Below the pieces are notes generated by a model. It saw only the letters and a list, made by a program, of their open reading frames with translations, was not told the DNA's origin and searched no databases. Positions 46,971 to 56,118 of a stretch of 57,431 nucleotides of DNA are shown here, piece after piece. The position numbers and the translations under genes are program-made. Source of the stretch: a bacterium (GTDB lineage Bacteria; Patescibacteriota; Minisyncoccia; Phycocordibacterales; SBAW01); contig JBAXFJ010000004.1 of the NCBI GenBank assembly GCA_037139975.1, positions 1 to 57,431 on the forward strand, given 5' to 3'. Positions within the stretch are counted from its first letter, which is position 1; the number at the start of each line of letters is the position of its first letter.

Positions 46971-47321
46971 ATGCTTATGCGGCGAAACAGGCGGCAATAT
47001 CTACAGCTGCGCGAAGATGCGCGCGCGCTTGTGCGCACGCGGCTCGCACATTTCAATACTTTTTATAATCACCCGGTTGGCAGGCTTTCTATCAAAAACC
47101 ACAAGTCGCGGTGGGGAAGCTGTTCAAGCAAGGGTAATCTCAATTTTAATTACAAAATAGTGCTCCTGCCACCCGAGGTTGCTGACTACGTCATTGTGCA
47201 CGAGCTGTGTCACCTTGTTGAATTTAACCATTCGCCCAAATTCTGGGCTCTTGTATCGAAAACGTTGCCCGATCACGCTCACCTCCGCCAAACCCTGCGC
47301 CGCATTGAGCGCACAAAGTAA
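46971..47321 (+). CDS. YgjP/DUF45-like (M48-type) metallohydrolase, short form
   Basis: SRWGSCS, DYVIVHELCHL..NHSPKFW. Confidence 0.9.
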   Translation: MLMRRNRRQYLQLREDARALVRTRLAHFNTFYNHPVGRLSIKNHKSRWGSCSSKGNLNFNYKIVLLPPEVADYVIVHELCHLVEFNHSPKFWALVSKTLPDHAHLRQTLRRIERTK

Positions 47322-47333
47322 AGATGTGTCTGT

Positions 47334-47364
47334 AAAAAAAGAAATAGCCGCTTTTGTGCGGCTA
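47334..47364 (-). terminator. Intrinsic terminator of the minus-strand small ORF
   Basis: tagccgc-ttttgt-gcggcta with a T-rich tail on the minus strand. Confidence 0.6.
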
Positions 47365-47397
47365 GTGCAGTGCTTGTCCAAAAATGAGAGTGAGCGA

Positions 47398-47619
47398 TCA
47401 ATAGTAGGCAGAAAGGTCTTCCTGAAGGGGTCGCGGGAACCCGTCTGGATTCCAGCCTGCCGCCAGTTTTTTCTCAAACAGTGAGGGCTGACAGATGAAC
47501 GGCGCGGGTTGCCTCGTGTCGTTTGCTATCACTGCTCCGTCCGGCGCTCGTGTGTTGAGCGTTTTGGTCCGCCTAGTCAGCGCTTGTTTGAAAAACCGCG
47601 CCATCGGTGACACCGCCAT
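47398..47619 (-). CDS. Hypothetical 73-aa protein divergent from lexA
   Basis: GGGAG Shine-Dalgarno, upstream TTGACA, downstream terminator. Confidence 0.55.
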   Translation of the reverse strand: MAVSPMARFFKQALTRRTKTLNTRAPDGAVIANDTRQPAPFICQPSLFEKKLAAGWNPDGFPRPLQEDLSAYY

Positions 47620-47632
47620 TTTTTACTCCCTG

Positions 47633-47652
47633 AAGCGAACATTGTTCCGCTT
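47633..47652. promoter_or_regulatory. Palindromic operator candidate (GAAC-N3-GTTC)
   Basis: aagcGAACattGTTCcgctt in the divergent lexA intergenic region. Confidence 0.45.
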
Positions 47653-47766
47653 TTATTTCTAATATTTTTTTGTTGCTGTGTCAATTTTTGTTTTCGAATA
47701 TGTTATCCACAGAATTTGTGTATGTTGTGTATCGCATGTGATTTGTGAGTGCTACTATACACACAT

Positions 47767-48426
47767 ATGAACAGAGCACTTACATACAAACAGCAGCGGG
47801 TCTTGGGCGCGGTGAAGGATTTTGTCGAGGGTGGGGCGGGGTCGCCCACACTTGACCAGTTGCGCACGAAGCTAGGATTCAGCTCCTTGCGCACGGTCAC
47901 GCAATATCTCGAAACTCTCGAGAGCAAGGGCTATATTGTTCGGCACAGGGGCTTCAAGCGCAATATCGAAGTGCGCAATGTTGACGGCATGTGGGGTACG
48001 GTCAATGTCCCCATCGTTGCAAGTGTTGGCTGCGATGACCTCAGTGTTTTCGCCGAGCGGGTAACCGACGAATATCTTGAAGTCGACAAGCGCATCGTTG
48101 AACAAGAAGAAGGCGATATTGTTGCGGTGCGCGCCATCGGCACCAGTATGAATGATGCGGGCATCAACACGGGCGACTACGTGCTTATCCGCTTTACCGA
48201 GCACGCTGAAAACGGCGACCGTGTTGCTGCGATTGTGGGCGATATGGTGACGGTTAAGCGTCTCGAACGCCGTGACGGCATGACCATCCTCTGGCCCGAG
48301 TCCAAAGACCCAAAGTTTAAGCCAATCATTTTGCACGAAGACTTCAAAATTGCCGGCAAGGTCTTGTGTGTTATTCCTGCGCCAATGAGCGAGATTACCG
48401 AAGTTGTGCCGCTCGAGGGTTACTAA
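47767..48426 (+). CDS. lexA: LexA-family repressor (wHTH + S24 peptidase)
   Basis: LT.KQ..VL..SPTL..L...LGFSS..TV..YL..LE.KGYI; catalytic Ser (GTSM) and Lys (TVKR). Confidence 0.85.
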   Translation: MNRALTYKQQRVLGAVKDFVEGGAGSPTLDQLRTKLGFSSLRTVTQYLETLESKGYIVRHRGFKRNIEVRNVDGMWGTVNVPIVASVGCDDLSVFAERVTDEYLEVDKRIVEQEEGDIVAVRAIGTSMNDAGINTGDYVLIRFTEHAENGDRVAAIVGDMVTVKRLERRDGMTILWPESKDPKFKPIILHEDFKIAGKVLCVIPAPMSEITEVVPLEGY

Positions 48427-48477
48427 GCAAACGTGAAAGTCTGTGATGATATAAAAATAAGCTGATAGAATAAAGTC

Positions 48478-48990
48478 ATGATTCAAAGCATTGAAGCGTT
48501 TTATGCGGGAGTTGGTGAATATGTTGCACAGTTTGAACTGTTTGTGAAAAAGCACGCTCTCGAGGGTGTCGCCAAGGCAGACCATATATGCTACAAATGT
48601 GGATCAAAAGAGTCTTTTGAAGCTTTGCGCGAACTGTTTGAACCGAAAGACGTCAGTGTCTATATCTATCAAGCAATGATCTCGGAACGTCGCATTGCCT
48701 ATATCAAACTCAAAAAAAGCATCGAGACAAGCATTGGCACTATTGAATTCCTTGAGCTCTCAGACCAAAAACTCAATGGTTCACAGGTTGACGGCTTTGA
48801 CCACATCGAACTGTACCCAACACGAATTTCTTATGATGAATTGGTTGAGCAGCTCGAGATGTCTGAAAGGGTCACCAAGGTTGAACGGCTCCACCATACC
48901 ACTCACGACATCGACACAGGTGGTGGTTTTTTGGCGCGGCTAACCACGGGTCCGCTTATAGAGAAGATAAAAACGCGCGAAATGGTCTAG
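48478..48990 (+). CDS. YecM-like VOC family protein
   Basis: ADHICYK, IEFLEL, GFDHIELY. Confidence 0.75.
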   Translation: MIQSIEAFYAGVGEYVAQFELFVKKHALEGVAKADHICYKCGSKESFEALRELFEPKDVSVYIYQAMISERRIAYIKLKKSIETSIGTIEFLELSDQKLNGSQVDGFDHIELYPTRISYDELVEQLEMSERVTKVERLHHTTHDIDTGGGFLARLTTGPLIEKIKTREMV

Positions 48991-49024
48991 CGGTTGTTTT
49001 TTTGGATGGTACACTGTTGATTGT

Positions 49025-49723
49025 ATGCACATAATCTCTCGCTTGTTTCGAGTGTGTGCGTTTGGGGTGTTTTTTTCTCTTGCCCTCTGTGTGGGAATGT
49101 TACTTTCTATTTATACAAAAGGGCACGGTTCCATATATTCATCGGTCGATGCTGCGCCAAACGCCCAAGTTGCTATTGTTCTTGGGGCAAGTATCAGCTC
49201 CAACGGCACACTTTCACCCGTTCTTAAAGAACGGGCAGACGCGGCGTATGCGCTCTATGTCGCAAAAAAAGTTTCCAAGATTTTGGTGAGTGGCGACAAT
49301 GGTACGTTGCATTATGACGAAGTCTATCCAGTGGGGAAGTATTTATTGGCAAAAGGTATCCCAAAAGAAGATATTTTTCTGGATTATGCAGGGTTCGACA
49401 CCTACAGCAGTATGTATCGAGCACGCCATGTCTTTGTGGTTTCTTCGGCTATCATAGTGTCACAAGCATTTCACTTGCCGCGTGCGTTGTTCATTGCGCG
49501 TGCTGTTGGGTTGTCAGCGGTGGGTATGGACGCAGCAAAGCCAGAAGACCACTATTTGTCCAATGTGTTGCGGGAAGTGCCCGCGTCGCTCAAGGCGGTA
49601 TGGGATGTGTTTTCAAATCGTGTACCCAAGTATATGGGGCCAGAAATTTCCGTTGCAGGGAGCGCGGTTGACACATGGGTTGGGCCAAAATCAGAAATGA
49701 GCTACTTCAAGGGGTCACCGTAG
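49025..49723 (+). CDS. SanA/YdcF (DUF218) family protein
   Basis: IVLGA, ILVSGDN, DYAGFDTYSS, QAFHLPRA, RE. Confidence 0.92.
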   Translation: MHIISRLFRVCAFGVFFSLALCVGMLLSIYTKGHGSIYSSVDAAPNAQVAIVLGASISSNGTLSPVLKERADAAYALYVAKKVSKILVSGDNGTLHYDEVYPVGKYLLAKGIPKEDIFLDYAGFDTYSSMYRARHVFVVSSAIIVSQAFHLPRALFIARAVGLSAVGMDAAKPEDHYLSNVLREVPASLKAVWDVFSNRVPKYMGPEISVAGSAVDTWVGPKSEMSYFKGSP

Positions 49724-49833
49724 TCAAAAAGAGTCTCTGTTATAACAAATTCTTGCTGTGGATAGTCACAGCACAAGAGGGTATACTGTGAGGGTGCGAT
49801 TACTTTATTGAATAGCTAAAATTCTAAAAACAT

Positions 49834-50157
49834 ATGCCAGCAGTACTTAAGTGGGTTTTGGTGCTTGTCGTTTTGGTGGGGGTGGGGTGGCTCCTGTGGT
49901 GGAGCGGTTGGTTCAAAAGTGCATCGTATTCAGCTTCAACACAAGGAAATGCTGCGGGCGCTGTTGCTGCGACGACTACTCAAGCAGCAAGTGCTGCGCC
50001 GGCGCCACTCAACGGCATGAGCGTTGCGAGTGACTCTTCTGATCCAGCGATTGGGCAAGACACTGCCGCAGTAGACGCGCAGATGCAAGCGCTCGACGCT
50101 GATGGTTCGCAGGTTACGGCAAGTCTAAACGACAAACCAGTTGCCCAGTCCTATTAA
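49834..50157 (+). CDS. Small membrane-anchored hypothetical protein
   Basis: N-terminal TM, A/S/T-rich body. Confidence 0.65.
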   Translation: MPAVLKWVLVLVVLVGVGWLLWWSGWFKSASYSASTQGNAAGAVAATTTQAASAAPAPLNGMSVASDSSDPAIGQDTAAVDAQMQALDADGSQVTASLNDKPVAQSY

Positions 50158-50189
50158 TAATTTTTCTACCACACTAAACTCTAGACACT

Positions 50190-50996
50190 ATGACTACATA
50201 TAAAACAGGAACACGGATAGCATTTGGGCTTGTGGGGATGTTGCTTGTGCCAACTCTCGCTTTCGCCGCTGCAACCACCACGCCAGCTGGCGCCAGCAAA
50301 GCAGCTGCAAAGATGACTGCGGCAAAAGCGCGTGCCGACCAGGAAATTGATCGCCGTGTTGCAACCCTTAATGAAGTAACCGATCGTGTTGGGGTGATGC
50401 AGGAGGTTCAGGCCGACTTTAAACAAAATCTGGCAGGTGCGGTCAGTGGTCAGGTTGCTGCGTTTGCAGCGCTCAAAGCAAAAATAGATGCAGAAACTGA
50501 CCCAACGTTGCTCAAGAGTGAGGTCCAGTCCATAAACGAATCATATCGCGTATACGCGCTTTTGGTGCCTCAAGCAAGAATCGCTACCGCAGCCGACCGT
50601 GTCGTTACGCTCACCAGGATGATGACCATACTTGGTTCCAAGTTGCAGGCGCGCATCGCTGCTGCGCAAACCGCGGGCACCGACATCAGCGCCCTTTCAA
50701 AGACGTTGGGCGATTTGTCGCAAAAACTTTCTGATGCCAATGCGCAGGCGCAAAGCGCAGTGTCAGTGTCAGTGTCGCTGGTGCCGGACGAGGGCGACAA
50801 AGTAAAGATGGCTGCAAATGCCGCAGCGCTCAAAACTGCCCACACAGCGGTTGGTGTGGCGCAGAAGGATCTTAAGGATTCTCGCAAGGATATCGCCACT
50901 ATCTTGAAGGGTCTCAATGTCTCTTTGTCTGCTGCGTCTTCGACTCCAACCATAACCCCAGGATCAGCAACTGCGTCGACAACAACCGCACACTAA
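50190..50996 (+). CDS. Secreted alpha-helical/coiled-coil protein
   Basis: Signal peptide (..PTLAFA), Ala-rich heptads. Confidence 0.7.
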   Translation: MTTYKTGTRIAFGLVGMLLVPTLAFAAATTTPAGASKAAAKMTAAKARADQEIDRRVATLNEVTDRVGVMQEVQADFKQNLAGAVSGQVAAFAALKAKIDAETDPTLLKSEVQSINESYRVYALLVPQARIATAADRVVTLTRMMTILGSKLQARIAAAQTAGTDISALSKTLGDLSQKLSDANAQAQSAVSVSVSLVPDEGDKVKMAANAAALKTAHTAVGVAQKDLKDSRKDIATILKGLNVSLSAASSTPTITPGSATASTTTAH

Positions 50997-51048
50997 CCAA
51001 GCAATTCGACGTTGGCGGAAACGAACTGCAACACAACTCACCACTATT

Positions 51049-51276
51049 ATGAACGAACAACTCGATCGGATTGAAAAAAAGATGGTCGAGCTTGAAGGCA
51101 AGCTGGACGCGACCTATGCCGCCGCACACAAGGTGCTGGTGTATATCAAGTGGACGGGGATCATCACCGTGGCGGTGATCGTCATCCCACTTTTTATACT
51201 CCCCTTTTTCATTCCCTCGTTTCTTGCGTCACAAGGAGTGGGTGCGGGTAGTATAAACAGCTTGTTGGGGCAGTAG
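51049..51276 (+). CDS. Small coiled-coil plus TM protein
   Basis: MNEQLDRIEKKMVELEGKLD followed by a hydrophobic helix. Confidence 0.65.
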   Translation: MNEQLDRIEKKMVELEGKLDATYAAAHKVLVYIKWTGIITVAVIVIPLFILPFFIPSFLASQGVGAGSINSLLGQ

Positions 51277-51345
51277 TACGTTGGGCTTGTATAAAATAGG
51301 ATTTGTGGTAGGGTGGTGGCACTATCCGGTAACCACAAAAACACC

Positions 51346-52266
51346 ATGTCACTGCGCCCTATTATAGCTATCCTCGCGTCATTTGCCTTTGTGTTTATTG
51401 TGGTGCCTGTTTTTGTCTCTGCAGAATACACGACGCAATATTATAGTGGACAGGGTACACTTTTGGTGTATGTGCAGGTTCCTTCTGCAAACCTAACCAC
51501 TCGGATTTTACGTCTCCCTGGAGACTTCACCGCGGTTGTCTCAGGTGGGAGTGCTTCGCCCGCTTCTTTTCAGGGTTCAATTAACGGGGTGACAGTTTCT
51601 GTCCTTGGCAGCTACTCAGTTACAGCACTTCCTGTACCGGGCTACAATCCGATATATTCGAGCGGATGTTCTGGGAATTTCTCTTCAGGAGACCACGGAC
51701 TTTGCATCATCACTGAGTATCAGAACAGCAACGACTATAATGGTGTCGTCACCCCATACCCATATCCCTATGTGGGCCAAACTCCGCTCACCTGTGCGCC
51801 TGTGTATCAAACCATAACGTTGGGCCAGCCAGTCACATTCGCGGTTGGTGGCGGAAGTGGCATCTACAACTGGTCTACACCAAACCGCACCTATTTGGGC
51901 ACACGAGCGTCGCTCACTACAACGCTCCAGTCTTCGGGAGTTCAAACAGTTACGGTGTCGAGTGACACCCAAACAGCAATCTGCACCGTCAATGTTGTTG
52001 GCACCAATGGTCCGGTCAGCTACACCACGCCGAGCTATGTCCCCCCAACGACCTCTTCGGCTGTGGCGAGTGCATATCCTGTACCAACTACAGCAGTCAC
52101 GAGCACGTATGTGCCAAAACTCCCCAACACAGGCTTTGAGCCGCTTTCGGTAATGCTCGAGAGAGATGGAGGCGCGCCGCTCGCGTTCGCACTCGTGTTG
52201 CTTGCTGCTGCAGGAATATTCTTTGCACCGTATGCTCGAAAAATCATTATCTCTTCCACTCGTTAG
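51346..52266 (+). CDS. LPxTG-anchored surface protein
   Basis: Signal peptide, beta-rich domains, LPNTG + hydrophobic stretch + RK tail. Confidence 0.8.
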   Translation: MSLRPIIAILASFAFVFIVVPVFVSAEYTTQYYSGQGTLLVYVQVPSANLTTRILRLPGDFTAVVSGGSASPASFQGSINGVTVSVLGSYSVTALPVPGYNPIYSSGCSGNFSSGDHGLCIITEYQNSNDYNGVVTPYPYPYVGQTPLTCAPVYQTITLGQPVTFAVGGGSGIYNWSTPNRTYLGTRASLTTTLQSSGVQTVTVSSDTQTAICTVNVVGTNGPVSYTTPSYVPPTTSSAVASAYPVPTTAVTSTYVPKLPNTGFEPLSVMLERDGGAPLAFALVLLAAAGIFFAPYARKIIISSTR

Positions 52267-52921
52267 GTGTATCGTCGTAAGTGTGGGCATGTTTGTTATT
52301 CTCTTTGGAATGGCTGATATGGTTTCGCGCGTTGGGTCGCTCACGTTTGGACACCTTTCTGGCGCGCAAATTTTTAGCTCTCCTGCAGCACAAGACTTCT
52401 CCGCTTCAGGAGATTCTACGTTTGCCCGCCGTGATGGCGGGTTTGTGTCTGCACTGCCGCTCGCATCAACCACACCTATTATTCCCACTCGACTCACAAT
52501 ACCAAGCATTGGTGTGGATGCGGTGGTAGAACAGGTGGGCAACACATCTGCTGGGGCAATGGCAACACCAAAAAGTTTTGGGAATGTGGGTTGGTATTCG
52601 CCGGGAAACAAGCCGGGTGAAGTGGGGAGTGTCGTCATGGCGGGACACGTCAACAACGCACTGACGAAAGCCGGCGTGTTTGAACACCTTTCACAAGTAA
52701 AGATTGGTGATATCGTGACGGTCTCAGACAAAGACAATAAAACACTTGTCTACACGGTGAACGAGATAGACGAATATCCAGTAGAAGGCGCTCCCACAGC
52801 ATCTATCTTTACATCGACCGGTCCGACACAGCTTGTGCTTATCACGTGTGATGGTTCCTGGGACGGGAATGCGCACTCTTTTGATAAACGCCTGGTGGTC
52901 TATGCGCGGCTTTCTGTTTAA
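52232..52921 (+). CDS. Class F sortase
   Basis: RLTIPSIGVDA, VGWY, AGH, LITC, RLVVYA (His/Cys/Arg triad); start uncertain. Confidence 0.9.
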   Translation: MLEKSLSLPLVRCIVVSVGMFVILFGMADMVSRVGSLTFGHLSGAQIFSSPAAQDFSASGDSTFARRDGGFVSALPLASTTPIIPTRLTIPSIGVDAVVEQVGNTSAGAMATPKSFGNVGWYSPGNKPGEVGSVVMAGHVNNALTKAGVFEHLSQVKIGDIVTVSDKDNKTLVYTVNEIDEYPVEGAPTASIFTSTGPTQLVLITCDGSWDGNAHSFDKRLVVYARLSV

Positions 52922-52927
52922 TTGGGC

Positions 52928-52956
52928 TTGCGTACGCAGTAGCGTCGTGCTACAGT
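52928..52956 (+). promoter_or_regulatory. Sigma70 promoter of the RRM gene
   Basis: TTGCGT-N17-TACAGT with an extended TG. Confidence 0.65.
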
Positions 52957-52960
52957 AGCG

Positions 52961-53045
52961 CTGTTCATAAGTAAGATTCTCCATTGTGTTCCGCTGTGCG
53001 GCAACCCCGGGGAGGTCGCCTTACGAAAGAACAGGGGAAACCCCC
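52961..53045 (+). promoter_or_regulatory. Structured 5' leader of the RRM gene
   Basis: Nested pairings ctgttc/gaacag, gtaag/cttac, ctcc/ggag, gttccgc/gcggcaac. Confidence 0.5.
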
Positions 53046-53070
53046 TATTATTTCATTCGTATACGCACAT

Positions 53071-53328
53071 ATGGTACAAAAACTGTTTGTGGGTGGCATC
53101 CCTTGGAAGACCTCGAAAGAGGAACTCCAGGACGCGTTTGCCAAAGCTGGTGAAGTCGTTTCTACTTCGATCGTTATGGATCGTGAGTCAGGCGAATCAC
53201 GCGGCTTCGGCTTCGTTGAGATGGCCGACGAGGCTGCTGCTGAAGCTGCTATTTCTATGTGGAATGGCAAAGACTTCGGTGGCCGTACTCTGACGGTTTC
53301 TCACGCCCGCCCAAAAGCTAACGAATAA
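53071..53328 (+). CDS. RRM RNA-binding protein
   Basis: RNP2 KLFVGGI, RNP1 RGFGFVEM. Confidence 0.95.
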   Translation: MVQKLFVGGIPWKTSKEELQDAFAKAGEVVSTSIVMDRESGESRGFGFVEMADEAAAEAAISMWNGKDFGGRTLTVSHARPKANE

Positions 53329-53357
53329 TCGTTAGCCTCAAGTCTCTCTTGAGCCAC

Positions 53358-53401
53358 AATCCCTCGTTTCGATTCCGAAAGGAAAAGAACGGGGGATTTT
53401 T
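53358..53401 (+). terminator. Intrinsic terminator
   Basis: aatccctcgtt..aacgggggatt-ttt. Confidence 0.65.
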
Positions 53402-53417
53402 GGTATGATGTGCGCAC

Positions 53418-54326
53418 ATGGCAGGGGCAGCAAACAAAAATAGGACGCAAGACAAGAACCTGCAAAAACTTCTTGGTGCTGTTTTGATGCACTGTCAAAA
53501 AGCGGGGAGGCATGATTTACCCTGGAGAGCAACGCGCGACCCATACAAAATCCTCGTGTCAGAGATGATGCTCCAACAGACGCAAGTTGCTCGGGTCATT
53601 CCAAAATATCATGTGTTTATAAAAGTATTCCCAGACATCCAAGCGCTTGCCAAAGCACCGTTCCCGAAAGTCCTCGCGCTCTGGAGTGGGCTTGGCTATA
53701 ACCGGCGGGCAAAGTATCTGCATCAAACTGCAAAATTAATTACTGAAAAGTATGGCGGGAAATTTCCTAAAGATCTTATTGCCACTAAGTTGCCTGGTGT
53801 TGGGACGTACACGGCGAGGGCGGTGATGGCTTTTGCCTATAACAAACCCGAAGTATTTATCGAAACAAATATCCGTACGGTTTTTACTCACTTTTGCTTC
53901 GCTGAAATATCAAGGTTTAACCTTGATAAAAGTAGCATAAAAGTTTCTGACTCGGAGATCTTGCCGTTGATAGAGAAAGCGTTGGTGTTGGCACAGAGAA
54001 GAGGTGTAAGTCCCAGAGATTTTTATGCAGCACTGATGGACTATGGTGCACATCTTAAACAAAATGGCGTGCGGATCAATAACCAAAGCAAGCACTACAC
54101 AAAGCAGTCCAAGTTTGCAGGTTCTGCTCGCCAACTCCGCGGGGCTATCCTACGCGAGTTGCTCAAAAAACCAGCAACTCTTGCAGAGCTTTCAAAAAAT
54201 CTTACAAAAACGCTTTCTCAAGCTAATAGGGCAAGTGTTGAAATAAAAACTGAACTCACCAAACTCCAAAAAGAGGGAATGGTAGTGAAAGAGGGGAAAT
54301 TTTATAGCATTACCCAAAATATCTAA
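53418..54326 (+). CDS. mutY: A/G-specific adenine glycosylase (HhH-GPD)
   Basis: LPWR..DPY.ILVSEMMLQQTQV, WSGLGYNRRA, LPGVGTYTA. Confidence 0.88.
   Translation: MAGAANKNRTQDKNLQKLLGAVLMHCQKAGRHDLPWRATRDPYKILVSEMMLQQTQVARVIPKYHVFIKVFPDIQALAKAPFPKVLALWSGLGYNRRAKYLHQTAKLITEKYGGKFPKDLIATKLPGVGTYTARAVMAFAYNKPEVFIETNIRTVFTHFCFAEISRFNLDKSSIKVSDSEILPLIEKALVLAQRRGVSPRDFYAALMDYGAHLKQNGVRINNQSKHYTKQSKFAGSARQLRGAILRELLKKPATLAELSKNLTKTLSQANRASVEIKTELTKLQKEGMVVKEGKFYSITQNI
53908..53928. repeat. TATCAAGGTTTAACCTTGATA palindrome inside mutY
   Basis: 10-bp arms around one base; same core as the pheT copies. Confidence 0.75.
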
Positions 54327-54350
54327 TTTTCAGCTAGAATAGAAGCACAT

Positions 54351-56102
54351 ATGGCGGATGTGCAAGTACAGGAGATAAAAGAGAAGCTCAGTATTGTTGA
54401 GGTGGTGGGGCAGTATACCCAGGTGCGGCGCGCCGGGCGCAATTTTGTGGCGCGGTGCCCATTCCACAACGAACGGACGCCGTCATTCCACATTTCGCCC
54501 GAGCGTGGCACGTACATCTGTTTTGGTTGCGGCGAAAAAGGCGATGTCTTTTCTTTTGTACAAAAAATAGAGGGGATAGATTTCAAAACAGCGCTCGAGG
54601 AGTTGGCAAAGAAAGCAGGGGTGGTTTTGGAGAGAAAGACGTTTGCGCCTGGTGCCAAAGAACACGAAAAAGAGGTTAAAGAAAAAGAAGAAGTTCTGCG
54701 CGACATTTGTGAAGCGGCAACGGTGTATTTTGAATCTGTTTTAGCCCAAAGACCAGACGTGTTGAAATATTTGGAAGGGCGACACGTGACGCCTGAAACA
54801 ATCAAAATGTGGCGGCTGGGCTACGCGCCCGCGAATTGGCAGTCCTTGTCTGACCACTTGAGTAAGCTAGGTTTTAAGAAAGAAGACATCGCTGATGCTG
54901 GGGTGGCAGCAAAATCTGACAAACGTCCCGGTGAAATTTACGATAGATTTAGAGGCCGCATCATGTTCCCCATGTCTGACGCGCAGGGACGAGTGATTGC
55001 TTTTTCAGGCAGATTTTTTGAAGATATTCAGAGTTCGAGCACTAGAAGTGGTGATGGCGCAGGCGGCGAGTCTGAACAAAGAAGTGAACCTGCAAAATAT
55101 GTGAACAGTCCCGAAACCGCACTGTTTAAAAAGTCACGCGTGCTCTATGGGTTTGATAAGGCGAAAAGTGCGATACGCAAAGCCGACTGCATGCTGCTGG
55201 TTGAAGGGCAGTTTGACCTGGTGATGGCGCACCAGTCTGGCCTGCCGTTTACGGTGGCGGTGTCGGGCACGGCGCTGACGCCCGAGCACCTGACCTTGCT
55301 GGGGCGCCTGTCAAAGCGGCTGGTCTTGGCGCTTGATGGTGACGCTGCTGGCGTGCGCGCGGGGCACAAGAGCGCGCTCATGGCACTTGCCTTGGGTTTT
55401 GACGTAAAGATCCCCACTTTTCAAGATGGTAAAGACCCTGCAGACATCGCGGGAGAGAATCCTGAATTGCTCAAAGAAGCGGTGCGCGCGTCAAAAACAG
55501 CCATTGAATTCTTTCTTGAAGTGTTGCGCACAGACCTGAAAGGTAATAAAAAACTAGACGAGCGTGCATATAAAAAAGCAGTGCAAGCAAACGTGCTGCC
55601 ACTGATTGCTGTGCTTTCAAGCAAGATAGACCAAGAACACTTTACGCGTATGGTCGCGAGCAAGCTTCTTGTTTCCGAAGAGGCGGTGCGCGCCGAGGTT
55701 GCCCACGTGCCGAGATATGACCCGCATGCTTTTTCAAACAGCGCTCTCGCGTCTGCAGAGGAGCATACTCCTGCCGCGGACCAGTTAGTGTCTGCGGCGA
55801 CAGAGCAGGAACTTTCAGCGATAGAAAAAAAAGCAGTGATGCTTTTGCTCGCATTTCCTAAAGATTCTCCAGATTGGAAGGACCCCACAGGTTCCCCGGT
55901 GTACGAGCGCCTCGTGGTGCTGTTTGGGCAAGAACGTATCGATGAGCTGCAGAAAGAATGTGAGCCGCGGGCCGAATTTTGGCGCTTTACTTTTGAAAAA
56001 GAACTGGGTGAGCACACCAGCGTAGAGACCATTGCGGCCGACATGCTCGCGGACATTGCGCGTGCTGTCGAAAGAGAGAGTTACAAACGCAAGTATTTGT
56101 GA
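54351..56102 (+). CDS. dnaG: DNA primase
   Basis: [43 protein letters not shown]. Confidence 0.97.
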   Translation: MADVQVQEIKEKLSIVEVVGQYTQVRRAGRNFVARCPFHNERTPSFHISPERGTYICFGCGEKGDVFSFVQKIEGIDFKTALEELAKKAGVVLERKTFAPGAKEHEKEVKEKEEVLRDICEAATVYFESVLAQRPDVLKYLEGRHVTPETIKMWRLGYAPANWQSLSDHLSKLGFKKEDIADAGVAAKSDKRPGEIYDRFRGRIMFPMSDAQGRVIAFSGRFFEDIQSSSTRSGDGAGGESEQRSEPAKYVNSPETALFKKSRVLYGFDKAKSAIRKADCMLLVEGQFDLVMAHQSGLPFTVAVSGTALTPEHLTLLGRLSKRLVLALDGDAAGVRAGHKSALMALALGFDVKIPTFQDGKDPADIAGENPELLKEAVRASKTAIEFFLEVLRTDLKGNKKLDERAYKKAVQANVLPLIAVLSSKIDQEHFTRMVASKLLVSEEAVRAEVAHVPRYDPHAFSNSALASAEEHTPAADQLVSAATEQELSAIEKKAVMLLLAFPKDSPDWKDPTGSPVYERLVVLFGQERIDELQKECEPRAEFWRFTFEKELGEHTSVETIAADMLADIARAVERESYKRKYL

Positions 56103-56118
56103 TATAGTGTTGCCACGT

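Noticed and set aside
50281-50292. cgccagctggcg as a third copy of the PPAGG palindrome
   Set aside because: Only the 12-bp core matches, inside an Ala/Thr/Pro-rich linker; plausible by chance.
55027-55076. Weak foldback in the DnaG insert [16 protein letters not shown]
   Set aside because: Pairing is short and interrupted and has no second copy in the window; insufficient without an orthologue alignment.
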